A stretch of DNA of 64,000 nucleotides from Octopus vulgaris (taxonomy: Eukaryota), in contig OX597826.1 in assembly GCA_951406725.2 (NCBI GenBank), positions 7,006,001-7,070,000 on the forward strand. The letters run 5' to 3'. Within the stretch, counting starts at the first letter, position 1. Each line of letters opens with the position of its first letter. Under the pieces are notes generated by a model that was given only the letters and a program-made list of their open reading frames with translations, searched no databases and was not told where the DNA came from. Positions 1 through 13,253 of the stretch are shown here, in pieces. The translations under genes and the position numbers were made by a program.

Positions 1-191
1 TGGATATATTCCACCGAAACTATGTAGAGTCGTGCTTACAGAAACATGCAATATTAAATTAGAGTGACGTAAACGATTGAACAGTGAGTGGCAAGCTGTG
101 AGAGACATACTCTATCCAAGCGCAGGACATACACACCTTCGCATTTGTGGGTGGGTGTATATATATATATATATATGCACGCACATATTTA

Positions 192-292
192 ATCGAAAAT
201 CAAAGTCGACCTCGCCTAATTTGCACTCGGAACGTAGCGGCAGACGAAATACAGCTATGTATTTCGCCCAGCGTTTCTGCCAGCTCGCCGCC
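192..292 (-). mobile_element. tRNA-derived SINE fragment, family C (GGCGGCGAGCTGGCAGAA head)
   Basis: Reverse complement matches the repeat at 34790-34998, 40385-40670 and 46120-46965 (GTTCTGAGTTCAAATTCCGCCGAGGTCGACTTTG motif). Confidence 0.75.
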
Positions 293-296
293 ATGT

Positions 297-461
297 GAAG
301 GCGCATGGCTCAGTGGTTAGAGCGTCGAGCTTACGATCGTGAGGTTGTGAGTTCGAATCCAGGACCGGGCTGCCTGTTGTGATCTTGAGCAAGACACATT
401 ATTTCACGGTCCTGGAATCGAATTCACAACATCACGATCGTAAACTCGACGCTCTAACCAC
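297..461 (+). mobile_element. tRNA-derived SINE head followed by an inverted partial copy of itself
   Basis: Box A (TGGCTCAGTGG) and box B (GTTCGAATCC); 408-461 is a near reverse complement of 316-369. Confidence 0.75.
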
Positions 462-1366
462 GTATTTATTTATTTATTTATACAAAGAGAGAAAGAGAGG
501 TAGATAAATAGATAGATAAATTAAGTATATACTCTCTCTCACACACAGACACATATATATATATATATTTGTATATATACAGATGTACAAACAGCCATAA
601 ATAAAACGAAAAGAAAAATATTCATATACACATAAATATATGAGTACAGAAGGATAAAGTGGCAGAAACATGAATACATAGATAAACTCTACTGGATTTA
701 CTCCTATATAAAGTCATAGCGAATAATTGCAGTTTATGTTGGTATGTCATCTTAATGTTTTTCAATATTGCATCGTCGAAGTATTTGTTTTAAACAATTT
801 TAGCCATCAGGCATAGAAATTTGAAACATTGAAAACAACAGCATTTCCAGTTTTGCTAACGACTCACAAGAATTTATTTAAAATTTATATTTGATGCCTC
901 CCATCACATTCGATGCTTTTTTTTTTTTTCTTCTTCTTTCTTCCCTCTAACAAAATTTGGGGACATTTGAATCCATGATTTTTTCTTTTTTTTTTTTTTT
1001 TACAATAAAAGAATATTTTATGTCCATTAAATTGATTCGATTTCAACAACATCGGAAGCAACGACAAAGCAACTAAAGGACTGAATGAAACATATAAAGC
1101 TTAACAAAGAACAATGAGCATATTATTCAATGCCTTCACAAAGCTTTCGAAAAATTCCCCAAAGGTTATATTTTTCTATGTATATTTTATTTGATTTGCA
1201 TCTATCTGTTTTCTTTCCAGCAAATTCAAAATTAAATACATACTTACACGCATGCAAGCACAGACACACACCCAGACAAGAATAAACACAAGAAATACAT
1301 CCATAAATATATACATATAAAACATGCATATACATACATACATACATACATACATACAGACAGACA

Positions 1367-1427
<61 letters not shown>

Positions 1428-1780
1428 TTCAATATGGGTAGAAAAAAGTTCTAGAATAGCCAAACAATGATATATGATAATACATAATTATGAAATGTCA
1501 GCTTGACCCAGTAGCCTGAAACATTTGACATCCGGTTTGGAAGGAAATATGCCAGAGAATTCGTCAAAGAATTATTTAAAGAGGAAAAGAAGAAAAAAAC
1601 TGTAAGAATTTGAAGTAAAATTGCCAAACCGGTCAATAGCTGTTAAATAATACCAGAAGGAGAAAAACACGATGTATAAACGCATGAGAATTATTCCGAG
1701 ATGCAATGAAGGTGAGAGTAGAAGTAAGTGAAGAAAACCAAAAAAACAACATGAGGTAGAAAATTATATATAATTATTAT

Positions 1781-1916
<136 letters not shown>

Positions 1917-2251
1917 CTGCAAGCTAATCCATTCTATACTGTACTATGTTATATATACCTTGTTACTTATATCAGCCCAACGTGTCATAATAATTATAGC
2001 TAAATTAATTAATTGAAGAAAAACTACAAGGGAAATAATAATGATAATAATAATAATAATAATGATGATAACAAAGTAGAAATATGATTCTCAGCTCTAT
2101 TATTAATTATTTTTGATACTATACTGTAGATTTGCAGTCATTTTAAAGTGCTCAAGAAAACAAATTCTATTATTCTGTTGTGGTAGATTACATTCAACAT
2201 TTTCGAGCCTGTCGATGATGATGGTGATGATGTGTGTTTGTGTGTGTGTTT

Positions 2252-2351
2252 TCGCTCAATAAATACTCACAACGCGCGGTCTGGGAAACGAAACCGCAAT
2301 CCTAAGACCGCGAGTCCGCTGCCCTAACCACTAGGCCATTGCACGCCTCCA
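2252..2351 (-). mobile_element. SINE family A head (GGAGGCGCAATGGCC.AGTGGTTAGGGCAGCGGACTCG)
   Basis: Reverse complement of the head at 11821 and 54827. Confidence 0.8.
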
Positions 2352-2499
2352 CCACCTCTCTTTGACTTAGTACTGGGAAGTGCTTAGTAAATTTCATTTA
2401 CACTTCACTGGTCAATACGTTCTGTAAACCTGTGTTTGGCCTAATTTCACTGGCAAGCATTTATTTTGTTAGGTTACTGGCTGTGGCAAGTTGGTTTCA

Positions 2500-2720
2500 A
2501 GCTTGTTTTCGATAAATTACTCTTGTAGATCCTGCAGCTTTTGAATATATACACCCATAACATTTAGCACTATTATCTCTTCCAAATGTTATGCACATCA
2601 TGCAATCTTTCTCTATCAGCCAACGCAATGATTGGTGTTATCCATGATTACTCGTCGAAAAATTCCTTGGGAGTCGGTATCTGCTTCTGGCCATAACATC
2701 TTCCATTATTTTTCGTATTC
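2500..2720 (-). pseudogene. Possible highly decayed R4/Dong-type LINE 3' coding fragment
   Basis: Minus-strand pieces KMLWPE, ITPII and IQK resemble the restriction-like endonuclease (RLE) C-terminus seen at 47335-47770; many disruptions. Confidence 0.3.
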
Positions 2721-3194
2721 ATTTCTTGGTTACTTCATCCAGAGTTACATTGATATAATCTATTGTCTATCGACACCCTGATAAATTGTTTGTCAAGGCA
2801 AGATATTTATTAAACATCTTTATTTCATTATATTAAATATCTTAAATATTTTTTTATGACGAAGGGCTATAAACAACGTGTTATTGAAAAACTAGAATTT
2901 CTTGTTCCTATCGATTTGTTTACAATAAAATAAATTTAACGTAGAACACTTCGGACGTAAATTTAGCCAAGACTAGCTAAAATCATTTTATAAATTTTTG
3001 ACATTTCAGATGAACTTCGTTATATTTGGTCCGCTGTCTGACTGCTGACAGTTCCTTCCGATGAATGTTACCCCTCTCCTTTCTTCTGTTTTACTGACTA
3101 CATCTTCATAAAACCAATAGCGCTTGATTTACATGTGAATGAGTAACATTCGAACACACATCATGAAAAGCAAAATAATACTTGTATTATAGCT

Positions 3195-3595
3195 GACAGT
3201 GTGGTAAGTAGCTTGCTTACGACCCACATGGTTCCGGGTTCAGTCTCACTGCGTGGTACATTGGGCGAGGGTCTTCTACTAAAACCTCGATCCGACCAAA
3301 GCCTTGTGAGTGGCTTTGGTAGACGGAAACTGAAAGAAGCCCATCGTATATATATATATATATGTGTGTGTGTGTTTGTGTGTTTGTGTGTCTGTGTTTG
3401 TCCACCCAACATTGCTTGACAACTGATGCTGGTGTGTTTACGCCTCCGTAACTTAGCAGTTCGGCAAAAGACACCGATAGAATAAGTACTAGGCTTACAA
3501 AGAATAAGTCCTGGGGTCGATTTGCTCGACTAAAGGCGGTGCTCCAGTATGGCCACGGTCAAATGACTGAAACAATTAAAAGAGTAAAAGAGTAA
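3195..3595 (+). mobile_element. SINE family B (tRNA head, CORE-like segment, internal (TA)n(TG)n, conserved 3' part ending GTAAAAGA repeats)
   Basis: Closely similar to 59171-59640 and 17095-17452. Confidence 0.85.
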
Positions 3596-3904
3596 TGAGT
3601 ATATATATATTTATTCATTATATTATAATAATGTTATATATATATAATATTACATTATTTATTATATAATATATATTATCTATAATGTTATATAATATAA
3701 TATTATATTATATATTCATTCCATATCCAAGGAGAATATTTCAAATATACTTATGTTTGTCTTACTCCAGAACATATAAACTGCTTTTTTGCTTCAAAAT
3801 GATTCTATTTTTTGTTTGTGACATTTGAACGAGAACGTCTTAGATTCACTATTTTCAGTAAAATATGTACAAGGAAGAAAACTTGAATGCTTGTACTGGT
3901 AGAG

Positions 3905-4211
3905 TTTTTTTTTGTTCCTTCTCGAGCCATGCCGGGCTCATAAGGGCCGGTTTCCCGGTTTCTTGGCGTATAGGTTCCCCACCTGGACGGGACGCCGGTC
4001 CATCACAGGTGAGCTGCAAGTTGCAGGAGGAAAGAAGGAGAGAAAGCTGTGGCGAAAAAATCAGCAGAAGTTTCGCCATTACCTTCTGCCGGAGCCGCGT
4101 GGAGCTTAGGTGTTTCGCTCATAAACACACACATCGGCCGGTCTGAGATTCGAACCCGCAATCCCTCGAACGTGAGTCCGCTGCTCTAACTACTAGGCCA
4201 TGTGCCTCCAC
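3905..4211 (-). mobile_element. SINE family A variant, full length with A tail and probable TSD
   Basis: Reverse complement of 10059-10365; flanks ACTGGTAGA / ACTAGTAGA. Confidence 0.85.
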
Positions 4212-5214
4212 ACTAGTAGAATTGGAGTTGGCGAATAGTCTATTGCACGTTTTGGATGTAAGAAAAAACTACGTTTCCCTCTGTTCTTATGATAAGGAGA
4301 AGCATATTCTCTTGTTGGGAGGTGTATTCACATATTTCTTTCAAAGGAGTTAATGCTGATCTGGTAGCCATAGAAGATGCAAAAAAAAAATAAGAAAGAA
4401 AGAAAGAAAATCATGCATTTCCGAAAACGTGTTTGTAACATATGGATGAGTGAATCATCGACTGTAATCCAAACGTCCTACATTTGGATGTGCTGAGAGA
4501 TGTCTCTGTTTACGCCAACTGCAGCGCCCTCCTATCCCTGTGTGAATTACTTCATATTTGGTTGCAATCCAACCATAAAGCGCTATTTACTGCAGTTCCA
4601 AAGTGAGGTTAATGCAACGCATTCAAAGGGTACGTCAACAGACTTTACTTTGCAACGTTGTGACTTTTAGGCGAAGGAAATTAATTCTGCTCCTATAAAT
4701 AAGTCTACAGAGCATAAAACGATTGTTACTGGAAACTGGTCATATGCAACAGCATTCCGGAAATACAATAGAATTATGTGCATGCAATAGAAAAAGCGTT
4801 GAAAAGTCCTGCTGCTGAAGTCGGGGGAAAAAATACATTGCCTTCTGAAGAAAAGGGACACCTGTTCGGGGTATATGGACGTAATAAATCAGATAAAACT
4901 CAGGTGCTTGTCTAGATATATTATAAAACACTAAGCTCTACGAGTGGTAATTGGTCTTTAAGTGACGGTGCTATGAATTATTAATCTTGGCATGGGTCTA
5001 TTATTTTTTCTAGATTAGAACATTCATCTCTTCAATTTCTTGCCTTCGCTTCGCTACAAAATGCAAAGGTATATAACCTTGACGTTAGATCTGTTCAAAC
5101 ATATATTTGATACAATACACCGGCATGAATAGATAAATGTATGTAGATAAATGTATGAATCGAGCGAAAAACAGGCAACAGTTTCATATATACATATGTA
5201 TGTTTGTGAGTGTG

Positions 5215-5242
5215 TGTATATATATATATATATATGTCTATG

Positions 5243-5296
<54 letters not shown>

Positions 5297-5400
5297 CATA
5301 TATACACATATTTGTATGTGCGTGTGTGTGTGTCTGAGTGTATGACTGCGTGTATATAGGTATGTATATGTGTGTGTGTGTGTTTGTGCGCGCGTGTGAG
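5215..5400. repeat. (TA)n/(TG)n microsatellite cluster
   Basis: Seen directly. Confidence 0.95.
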
Positions 5401-5628
5401 AGGCAGAGAATGTGAGATAGGCGGATTATTATATGGTTAGATAAGGAAATAGATAGTTTCATTGATTTATCAATTCACTGAGATAAGAAACCAGTTGATA
5501 GATTATCAAACGTATAGGAACATATTTATAGATATATGTTTAGATGCAGTTATAGATTTATCGAGATAAGGTAGATAAAATGAAGATATATAGATCGATA
5601 GTCCCATATATAGGCAATATTAGATAGT

Positions 5629-5684
<56 letters not shown>

Positions 5685-6499
5685 AACGTTTAGAAATCTG
5701 TTGATTTATATAGGAATGAGACCTGACTTTAAAAATTCTGCTCAAAATACTAATAATGATATCTATGTGTATCTGCTGTAGATACGAATGTTTGAGCAAA
5801 TGTACATGTGCCTACCTTTGACCGTTTAGCTTTGCGGCAAACAACAGTCAGTCGCATAGAAATAAACGCATGTCACCTATGCCATGCGGAGAGAAGGAAC
5901 ATAACGAAGAGTTGAAGATTATGATTTATGTATACGTGAATAGAAATTGTATAGATGGACCTCTATAACAGTTGGCATTCAGGAATTGCTTGAGTGAATC
6001 GATGAGAAAACATGGCCATGAATAGCATCGATAAGAAGATATGAAATAATATTTGGATCAAATCTAGAGTAACACATTATGTCGTTCTTCCCTTTATTGA
6101 ATCCATTGTAATTTTTGTGCGTTGTTCCTCTCTCATGTGTGTTACATGTCTTTATTTCTAAAGATATTCTATAGAAGCAACGATCGATTTTTATCATGGC
6201 AGTAACCTATGAACTGACTTGAAATTTGTTTTATATAAAATAAGAGTAAAATGAATTACCTGTATTTATATACAGACATTCAGACGCATATAGACACAGC
6301 TACATGCATATACGTGTATATACGTGCACACACATAAATGTGTGTCACTAGCATGTTCATACATGCGTAATATATTCACACTTTCACAGATTCACGCATG
6401 CATACAACCTACAGACGTCTGAATGTGTATAAATACCATATACTTCTGTGTTTAATCAACGGAACACCAGCAGAAATGAGATACTGGCCCGATTATCAC

Positions 6500-7300
6500 T
6501 AAGCATGTTCATAATTACACGAGAAATAAATACGTTTCTGAAAGATACAATGAAGCAGCACCTTGCTTCGGCTTTCATGTATCGAAATTAAACTTCTTAT
6601 AATCGGTTGCTTCGCCACTAATTTGTTCCATGTCTCAACACCATTATATTTTGGACGTGACTATTAATAAGTACTCACCGTATTTTGGTGTTGCTGGGTT
6701 TGACCAAAGAACGTGAAACAATAAAAAAATCTGTTATATAATATATCTTGGATTTGCCCCAGGCGTTTCGTATAAGATTGGTTGGATATGATACTTGAAG
6801 TATATCGGGTGGATTTTACATTGTGTCTGGAGGTAGTCTTATACCAAAAGCTCCCTTGACAGCAACTATCTGGCCCTAGATATATTTAACGAGACTCACT
6901 CGCTTCTAGACTCCTCTACCATAACGTCAGTCAGACACATCTTCGTAGACATCACTCTACTTTAGCAGAATATGGATTGGTATTTCTTTATTCGCTGCCC
7001 CAATTAAATTCCAAGGCCCAACAAAATGTTATAGGCACTGCCTTTCCTCATTTGACACTTCTGTAACCCCACCCAATTGTTTCTCCGTTGCTAAGATAAA
7101 TATTCTTTTTAACATGTTCAGTTGTAGTTAGATATGTTTTGGTTGTTTTAAATTTTGCATGGATATCTGATGAACTGAGAGGGAAAATATTTCGTCACGC
7201 CGATTCTGAAGATATTAACTGTTTTGTAACCTCCTCTGACATTATAGTAATGTAGCTTGCTATTAGAGATCCATATCATAGAATAAACTGACCTCTGAAA
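6500..7300 (-). pseudogene. Possible decayed R4/Dong-like LINE RT-region fragment
   Basis: Frameshifted GPD...FWYK motif near 6840-6880 resembles the APGPDxIxxFWxK motif; otherwise very degraded. Confidence 0.3.
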
Positions 7301-8569
7301 CATTGTTATTTTCCATTAAGATACAGAGACGTTAACCTCTGGCTTTTTCAATTGAGAAAGAAAACAAAAACTGAAATATTAATTGCATTTAGCTGCGATA
7401 ACAAAAAATCATTTGAAATTACGATCAGGTTAACTAAATTGAGCTCCGTGAGCAATAGGATGACGGTAGTTGGCAATTGTTTGACCATTTTACTTCGAGA
7501 ACTACATTTAAGGTAGGAAATCCATCAATCTTCTTGCTTTTGTTTTCTCATTCCCCTTCTTCCATGTCCTCGAACAGCGCCGTAAACAATATAGCAAGGA
7601 GAAGCCAGCTAACATATTTTACAAAAAGGTTTGAGAGAAAGAGATGACTCAATCGAGGATAATAAACACAGTAAAAAAAAAAACAACAAAATATCCGCAG
7701 TGCCTAAACAACAAAACTAAATTCGGATAAAGAAAAACACATTAATAACACACAATCATATAAAAACGAGTAAATTTTACCAAAATTTCATAGAAAAAAA
7801 AAATTAAAGAAAATTTAACATATAGAAAACAAATTATAAAATAATGAAAACAAATATATAATTTAGCTTGTGAAAACAGTTTGTAAAGAAAAATAAAAAA
7901 AAAACACATATTAAACCAAGAGAAAGGATATAATGGAAATTAAATCCCTCAACAATGATGGAATCGGGGTCAAGCGTTTGGGTTAAAGGCCACACGCTAG
8001 TTTTCCACCATGATGAATGTTGTTCAGCAACGTTTCTTTTCGCATTGAGTTAGATTTTGATAATATTTTTCTCTTTTTTTTTTCCACATGTTTGATACAG
8101 AAGTTGTTAATTTTATTTCTTATGCTTTCTTGTTTCTTCCACCTGAAAAAACTTCCAAGCCATCATCCAACTTGCACTAACTGTTAAATTTCATTATCAT
8201 ATACTTATGGGATAATTAAATATACCATAGATAACCGGTACATTTGGTTATTCAATAGCCATTGCATTTCGACAACTTAAATGGGGAAAATGGCGACTAA
8301 AGCGATAATAGATTCTGCACCAACTCTAATATTTCTTAGTCGAATTCTATTGACGATTTACCCGTGTATGTTATATAATTGCTGTGGATAATAATTTCCT
8401 TGAATATTTCTACTATTTCTATCACCACTTTTTCTCCCTTCGTTTCTACTTTCTAGACTCTTGTGATTAGATTAAGCTTTGGCATTTTATCTATTGATGT
8501 ACCTATTGTAAAAGTTATCACGTTATCATATCCTTTGCAACCTGGTTACATATATGTGTGTATGAGCGT

Positions 8570-8577
8570 AGACAGAC

Positions 8578-8641
<64 letters not shown>

Positions 8642-8673
8642 GGATAGATGGATAGATAGATAGATGGATGATG

Positions 8674-8760
<87 letters not shown>

Positions 8761-8790
8761 GGATGGATAGAAGGATAGATAGATAGATAG

Positions 8791-8837
<47 letters not shown>

Positions 8838-8840
8838 GAG
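8570..8840. repeat. (GATA)n microsatellite
   Basis: Seen directly. Confidence 0.97.
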
Positions 8841-9280
8841 ATAAATAGAGAGATAAACAAGCAGACAGGCATACAGTTAGATGGAAATAGAGAGAGATGA
8901 TATATGTACATCAACTTATATATGAGTGTGTGTTTGAGTGTGCGTGTGTGTGTGTGTGTATGTATGTATTTATGTATTTATGTATGTATGTATGAGCATA
9001 TATGATATTTACATGTGAATTAGTACTTCTTTATATGTTTTATGATGATTTTTTGTGATATGTGCATTCATATTAAATCCTTATAAGCAAATCCGTATAG
9101 TTACCTGACTCTTTACAACTGATAACTTAAGCATAGCTGGGAGCTTGGTATTGTCCTTACAGCTGTAAGTAGAAGGCAATGATAAAAAAATATTGAGTAA
9201 GAAATGATTTGTTTAAATCATAGTAAAACAATGAGTGAATGAAAATGAAAGAATATTCAGGATCTCGTAAATTTCACCGT

Positions 9281-9530
9281 GGAGGCGCGTGGCTTAGTGG
9301 TTAGAGTGTTGAACTCATGATCGTAAGGTTATGTTTCGATTCCTGGACCGAGCGATGCGTTGTGTTCTTGAGCAAAACAATTCATTTTCACGTTGCTCCA
9401 GTCCACACTCAGCTGGCAAAAATGAGTAATACTGCGATGGACCGGTGCCCAGTCCAGGTGGGGAATTTCTACGCTACTGAAACCGGGAAACCGGCCCTTA
9501 GGAGCATGGCATGGCTCGAGAAGGAACATT
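9281..9530 (+). mobile_element. tRNA-derived SINE
   Basis: GGAGGCGCGTGGCTTAGTGG head; 3' GAAACCGGGAAACCGGCCCT...TGGCTCGAGAAGGAAC shared with 10059-10365. Confidence 0.8.
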
Positions 9531-9854
9531 TATTTATTTTTAAGTTTCACCACGATCAAATCTGTTCTGTATAAGATGAAGGTGTGAACTGGGATAATCA
9601 AACGTATAGAACAAGATTTTAAACAATCGAAATGAACTAACAAGTATATGTCTAATTCGGGTATCATTGATCAGAACTATGTCAAATTTCCTCTACGACC
9701 CTGGGAGGGCGGAATGTATTCTAAAATATGTTCTAGAGTTTTTTCCGATATGTTTAAGTAACTGACACCGCATCTTTTATGACGACGAGGGTTCCGGTTT
9801 ATCCGATCATCGGAACAGCCTAATCGGAAATTAATGTGCACGTGACTGAGCGCA

Positions 9855-10012
9855 CCCGCAGCAGGACAATTCCCGCCGACGACAACTAACCCCTAAGACA
9901 ATTACCCCTCTTGGTTAATTACCCCGTTTCCAATATATTAAGAAGATTTAAGTCACCATCTGTTGTCTTGGTGGTGGGGGGGGTCATAGTCTATGGGGGT
10001 AAATATCCTATA
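9855..10012. mobile_element. Small MITE-like insert with GACAATTACCCC-type subterminal motifs
   Basis: Left AGGACAATTCCC, repeated GACAA(T/C)TA(A)CCCC, right GGGGGTAAATATCCT; ~9-bp imperfect TSD. Confidence 0.5.
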
Positions 10013-10058
10013 CTGAAGCGCAATACAGACATGTGTAACGTTAACGTGGTTCTCAGTT

Positions 10059-10365
10059 GGACGGCACATGGCCTAGTGGTTAGTGCAGCGGACTCGCAGT
10101 CGAGGGATCGCGGGTTCCAATCTCAGACCGGGCGATGTGTGTGTTTATGAGCGAAACACCTAAGATCCACGCGGCTCCGGCAGAAGGTAATGGCGAACTT
10201 CTGCTGACTCTTTCGCCACAACTTTATCTCACTCTTTCCTCCTGCATGTTGCAGCTCACCTGCGATGGACTGGCGTCCGGTCCAGGTGGGGAATCGATAC
10301 GCCAAGGAAACCGGGAAACCGGCCCTTATGAGCCCGGCATGGCTCGAGAAGGAACAAAAAAAAAA
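10059..10365 (+). mobile_element. SINE family A variant with A tail and ~14-bp TSD
   Basis: tRNA-like head TGGCCTAGTGGTTAGTGCAGCGGACTCGCAG; poly-A; TSD at about 10043-10056 and 10365-10379. Confidence 0.88.
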
Positions 10366-10542
10366 ACGTAGTTTCTCAGAGTGATTCAGCGTAACACACA
10401 TTGTAACAAGTCTGGCCCTATGAAATACAGTTAATACTCATTTTGGGGAGCTGAATGAATCGAAGCAACATGAAATGAGGTCTTTTGCATAAGGACATAA
10501 CGATTCTAATAGCCTAACCATTAAGCAACTGCAACATCCAGT

Positions 10543-10936
10543 AGAGGCGCAATGGCCCAATGGTTAGAGCAGCGGACTCGCGGTCGGAGGATCGCTGTTT
10601 CGATTCCCAGACCGGGTGTTTTGTGTGTTTATTGAGCGAAAACACCTAAAGCTCCACGAGGCTCCGGCAAGGGGTGGAGGTGACCCCTGTTGTGCTCTTT
10701 CGCTTCAACTTTCCCTCACTTTTTCTTCCTGTTTCTTGTCCCCTACTTCCTACGCAACCGCTGAGTTTGGATGCGCATTCATCCATCTGTCGATGCTCTC
10801 GGTGTCGGTGGTTGACCTGCTTTCTCTTCTGCGGGTCTTACGAATAGCAAAGGACCACGTTTCGGACTTCTCCCATCTTGCGAGCTCTGGGACGAAGACC
10901 GTTCGATCAACAGCAACAGCAACAGCAACTGCAACA
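10543..10936 (+). mobile_element. SINE family A with alternative 3' module ending in (CAACAG)n
   Basis: Family A head and body, then a distinct 3' region and a short tandem tail. Confidence 0.8.
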
Positions 10937-11820
10937 TCAGATCTACCTGGCCCTACCAACTGATGTAGGTGACAAGATTATTACATAAAAACAAGGTGTT
11001 TGTTGCATTAAATGCTGTCATTATGAGCGAGGTAGCTCCGTAACCTTTAACGTTTAATGCAATTAAGCGAAATGTTTCTCTCACAGTTCGCGGCAGCACA
11101 CGTCTATTCTCTTGAAAAGAACATAGTAGTTCTCATTCTCTGCAGCTCCTCACAATTTCTTCCAGCGTTGTTTCTTACCTCTGCACCGACATCGTGGCTC
11201 GAAGAGCTTCGAGTGACTACAATGAATGTGAAATTTACTGTAGTATGAAAGCTACAGAAGGAAAACCAATGTTTTCAGCAGCAAAGAAGGCTAGTATGTA
11301 CATATCACGCGTAAATTGTTAAACATCGCCTGACACAAATTCAGACTTAATAAAATCAATCGAAGTCAGGTTAGAAAAGTACTTAATACAAAACAAATAT
11401 CGGTCGATTAGTATAATACAGTAACAGCGTAAAACAAAACGCAATAAACTTCCCTCTATACAAAACGGTACAAAAAATTACGAAGCCAGAAACTAATTAG
11501 TATGAGAGAGAAAAAAAACGATTTAGATAAAGATACAAATGAAAAGATTAGAGACGAAAAACAGTAATTGAAATGATACAAAACAAAAATGTGAAGTGAG
11601 GAAGAAGAATCGCCATGGTGACTGTACTGAAAACGGAGCAAAATGGCTGCCGGTCAATGCGAAAGATGTCGTCGGGAATGTTGGATGAACACCAAACAAT
11701 GTTATATTATATATCTACAACCTATATCTATATCTATACCTATCTCTTTGTTCTCTCCCCCTCAGTCTCACTCTCTTCCCCCCTCTATGAGAATATACAT
11801 TATATATATATATATATATA

Positions 11821-12110
11821 TGGAGGCGCAATGGCTTAGTGGTTAGGGCAGCGGACTCGCGGTCGTAGGATCGCGGTTTCGATTCCCAGACGGGACGTTG
11901 TGTTTTCGAGGTGTTTTCGCCCAATAAACACCTAAAGCTCAACGCGGCTCCGGCAGGGGGTTGTGGCGATCTCTGCTGTACTCTTTCGCCACAACTTTCT
12001 CTCACTCTTTCTTCTGTTGGCCTGCTCGCTTAGCCAGCGGGGTAGCGTCATTTGAAGGGGTGGCGTCATGTGTAGCAATATCTGATAGCCTGGTGGGTCA
12101 CGGTGGTATA
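11821..12110 (+). mobile_element. SINE family A
   Basis: Matches the reverse complement of 44285-44585. Confidence 0.85.
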
Positions 12111-12269
12111 TATAGGTGAAAAGCAAAGAGGGGAAAATAGCATTCGGATAACAAACATAGAGTAAAATATATCATTCTATTGAAGGTGAATGACTTGACA
12201 AACGGTAATTCTGCTTGTGAAGATTTACTGCTGCAATAAAATAAGGACATAAAAGAGAAGGTATGATGA

Positions 12270-12470
12270 TGTCGACGTTGTCACGCCTTCTCTTGTATTC
12301 TCTCTGAGAAAAGTTGCAGCATTCCCTTAAAATATGCCACAATGCCTCTCCAGTTTGACCGCACCTTCTGCATTTGGCTGATTCTGCTGGTTGGTCTGTC
12401 TTGTGCTGGATGTCAAGTTCTTTATGCACCACATACCAAGGGTCCGTTTGTAATTTCGGTGACAGCAACG
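12270..12470 (-). pseudogene. R4/Dong-clade LINE fragment (CCHC zinc finger preceding the RLE domain)
   Basis: CRRCGQTGEALWHILRECCNFSQREYKRRRDNV fits CRxC...HIxxxC...EYKRRHDxV. Confidence 0.75.
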
Positions 12471-12514
12471 GTCAGTGACAGCAGCGGCGTCAGCAGAGAT
12501 AGCAATGGCAGCAA

Positions 12515-12515
<1 letters not shown>

Positions 12516-12575
<60 letters not shown>

Positions 12576-12592
12576 TGTTGTTGTTGTTGTTG

Positions 12593-12637
<45 letters not shown>

Positions 12638-12682
12638 TTGTTGTTGTTGTAGTAGTAGTAGTAGTAGTAGTAGTAGCAGTAG
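12516..12682. repeat. Compound trinucleotide microsatellite (AGT)n(TGT)n(TGC)n(TGT)n(AGT)n
   Basis: Seen directly. Confidence 0.97.
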
Positions 12683-12684
12683 TG

Positions 12685-12990
12685 AGTTGGAGAGAAGGAA
12701 TTGGAGAGGGCACTTGCTCTTGGCGTTCAGGGAATTCTCAGAAATCGGGGTGTTTCGATTATCCCTAGAGATCATCTTGTATCACGTGGGCTACATCTCT
12801 ATCACCCTGCCCCCTGCTTTTTTTTCTTTAAACCTTTGTGTACTATGTACATCCCCCCCGCTCTCCTTGTATACGTGTATACTTACATTTCTTTTGTTAC
12901 TTATTTCATTCTATATAAAAAAAAAACACATTTTACGTCTGTCTTCGTATTGTCCCCCTGATCCTTCGGCCTTCTGGCAAATAAATAAAG
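12685..12990 (+). mobile_element. Probable 5'-truncated non-LTR retrotransposon 3' UTR
   Basis: Pyrimidine-rich tract ending AAATAAATAAAG, next to a microsatellite; family unassigned. Confidence 0.35.
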
Positions 12991-13204
12991 TCATTATTAC
13001 GATTATTAGTATATTCTTAATACTATCATAATACTATGATATTTGTAAGTCACAATTTGAAAAGGTGTTATAAGGTACGCGCATTACAGAAATCCATACC
13101 TGCCTCACAACACTTTAGACCCCGTTTAAACATATTTATTCCTCTTCCACTCTCATGCTCTCTTTATCTCTATCACTCTAACTACTTTACCTATATCTAT
13201 CTTT

Positions 13205-13253
<49 letters not shown>

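Larger units (their letters stand above)
9770..10520 (-). mobile_element. Older SINE interrupted by two nested insertions
   Basis: Host sequence resumes after each insert with duplicated junctions (AACGTGGTTCTCAG / AACGTAGTTTCTCAG; CTGAGCGCA / CTGAAGCGCA); strand inferred from a degenerate head near 10510-10527. Confidence 0.55.

Noticed and set aside
297-372. Bona fide tRNA genes at SINE heads
   Set aside because: Poor cloverleaf pairing, and each continues into a SINE body
7168-7200. CTGATGA...GAAAATATTTC hammerhead candidate
   Set aside because: No credible stem I or stem II
10848-10885. GGA-GAAG-TCC-GAAAC hairpin on the minus strand
   Set aside because: No CUGANGA-like core upstream
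12327-13031. ORFs with poly-Q/S/C/A and an apparent signal peptide
   Set aside because: Compound trinucleotide repeat joined to LINE fragments
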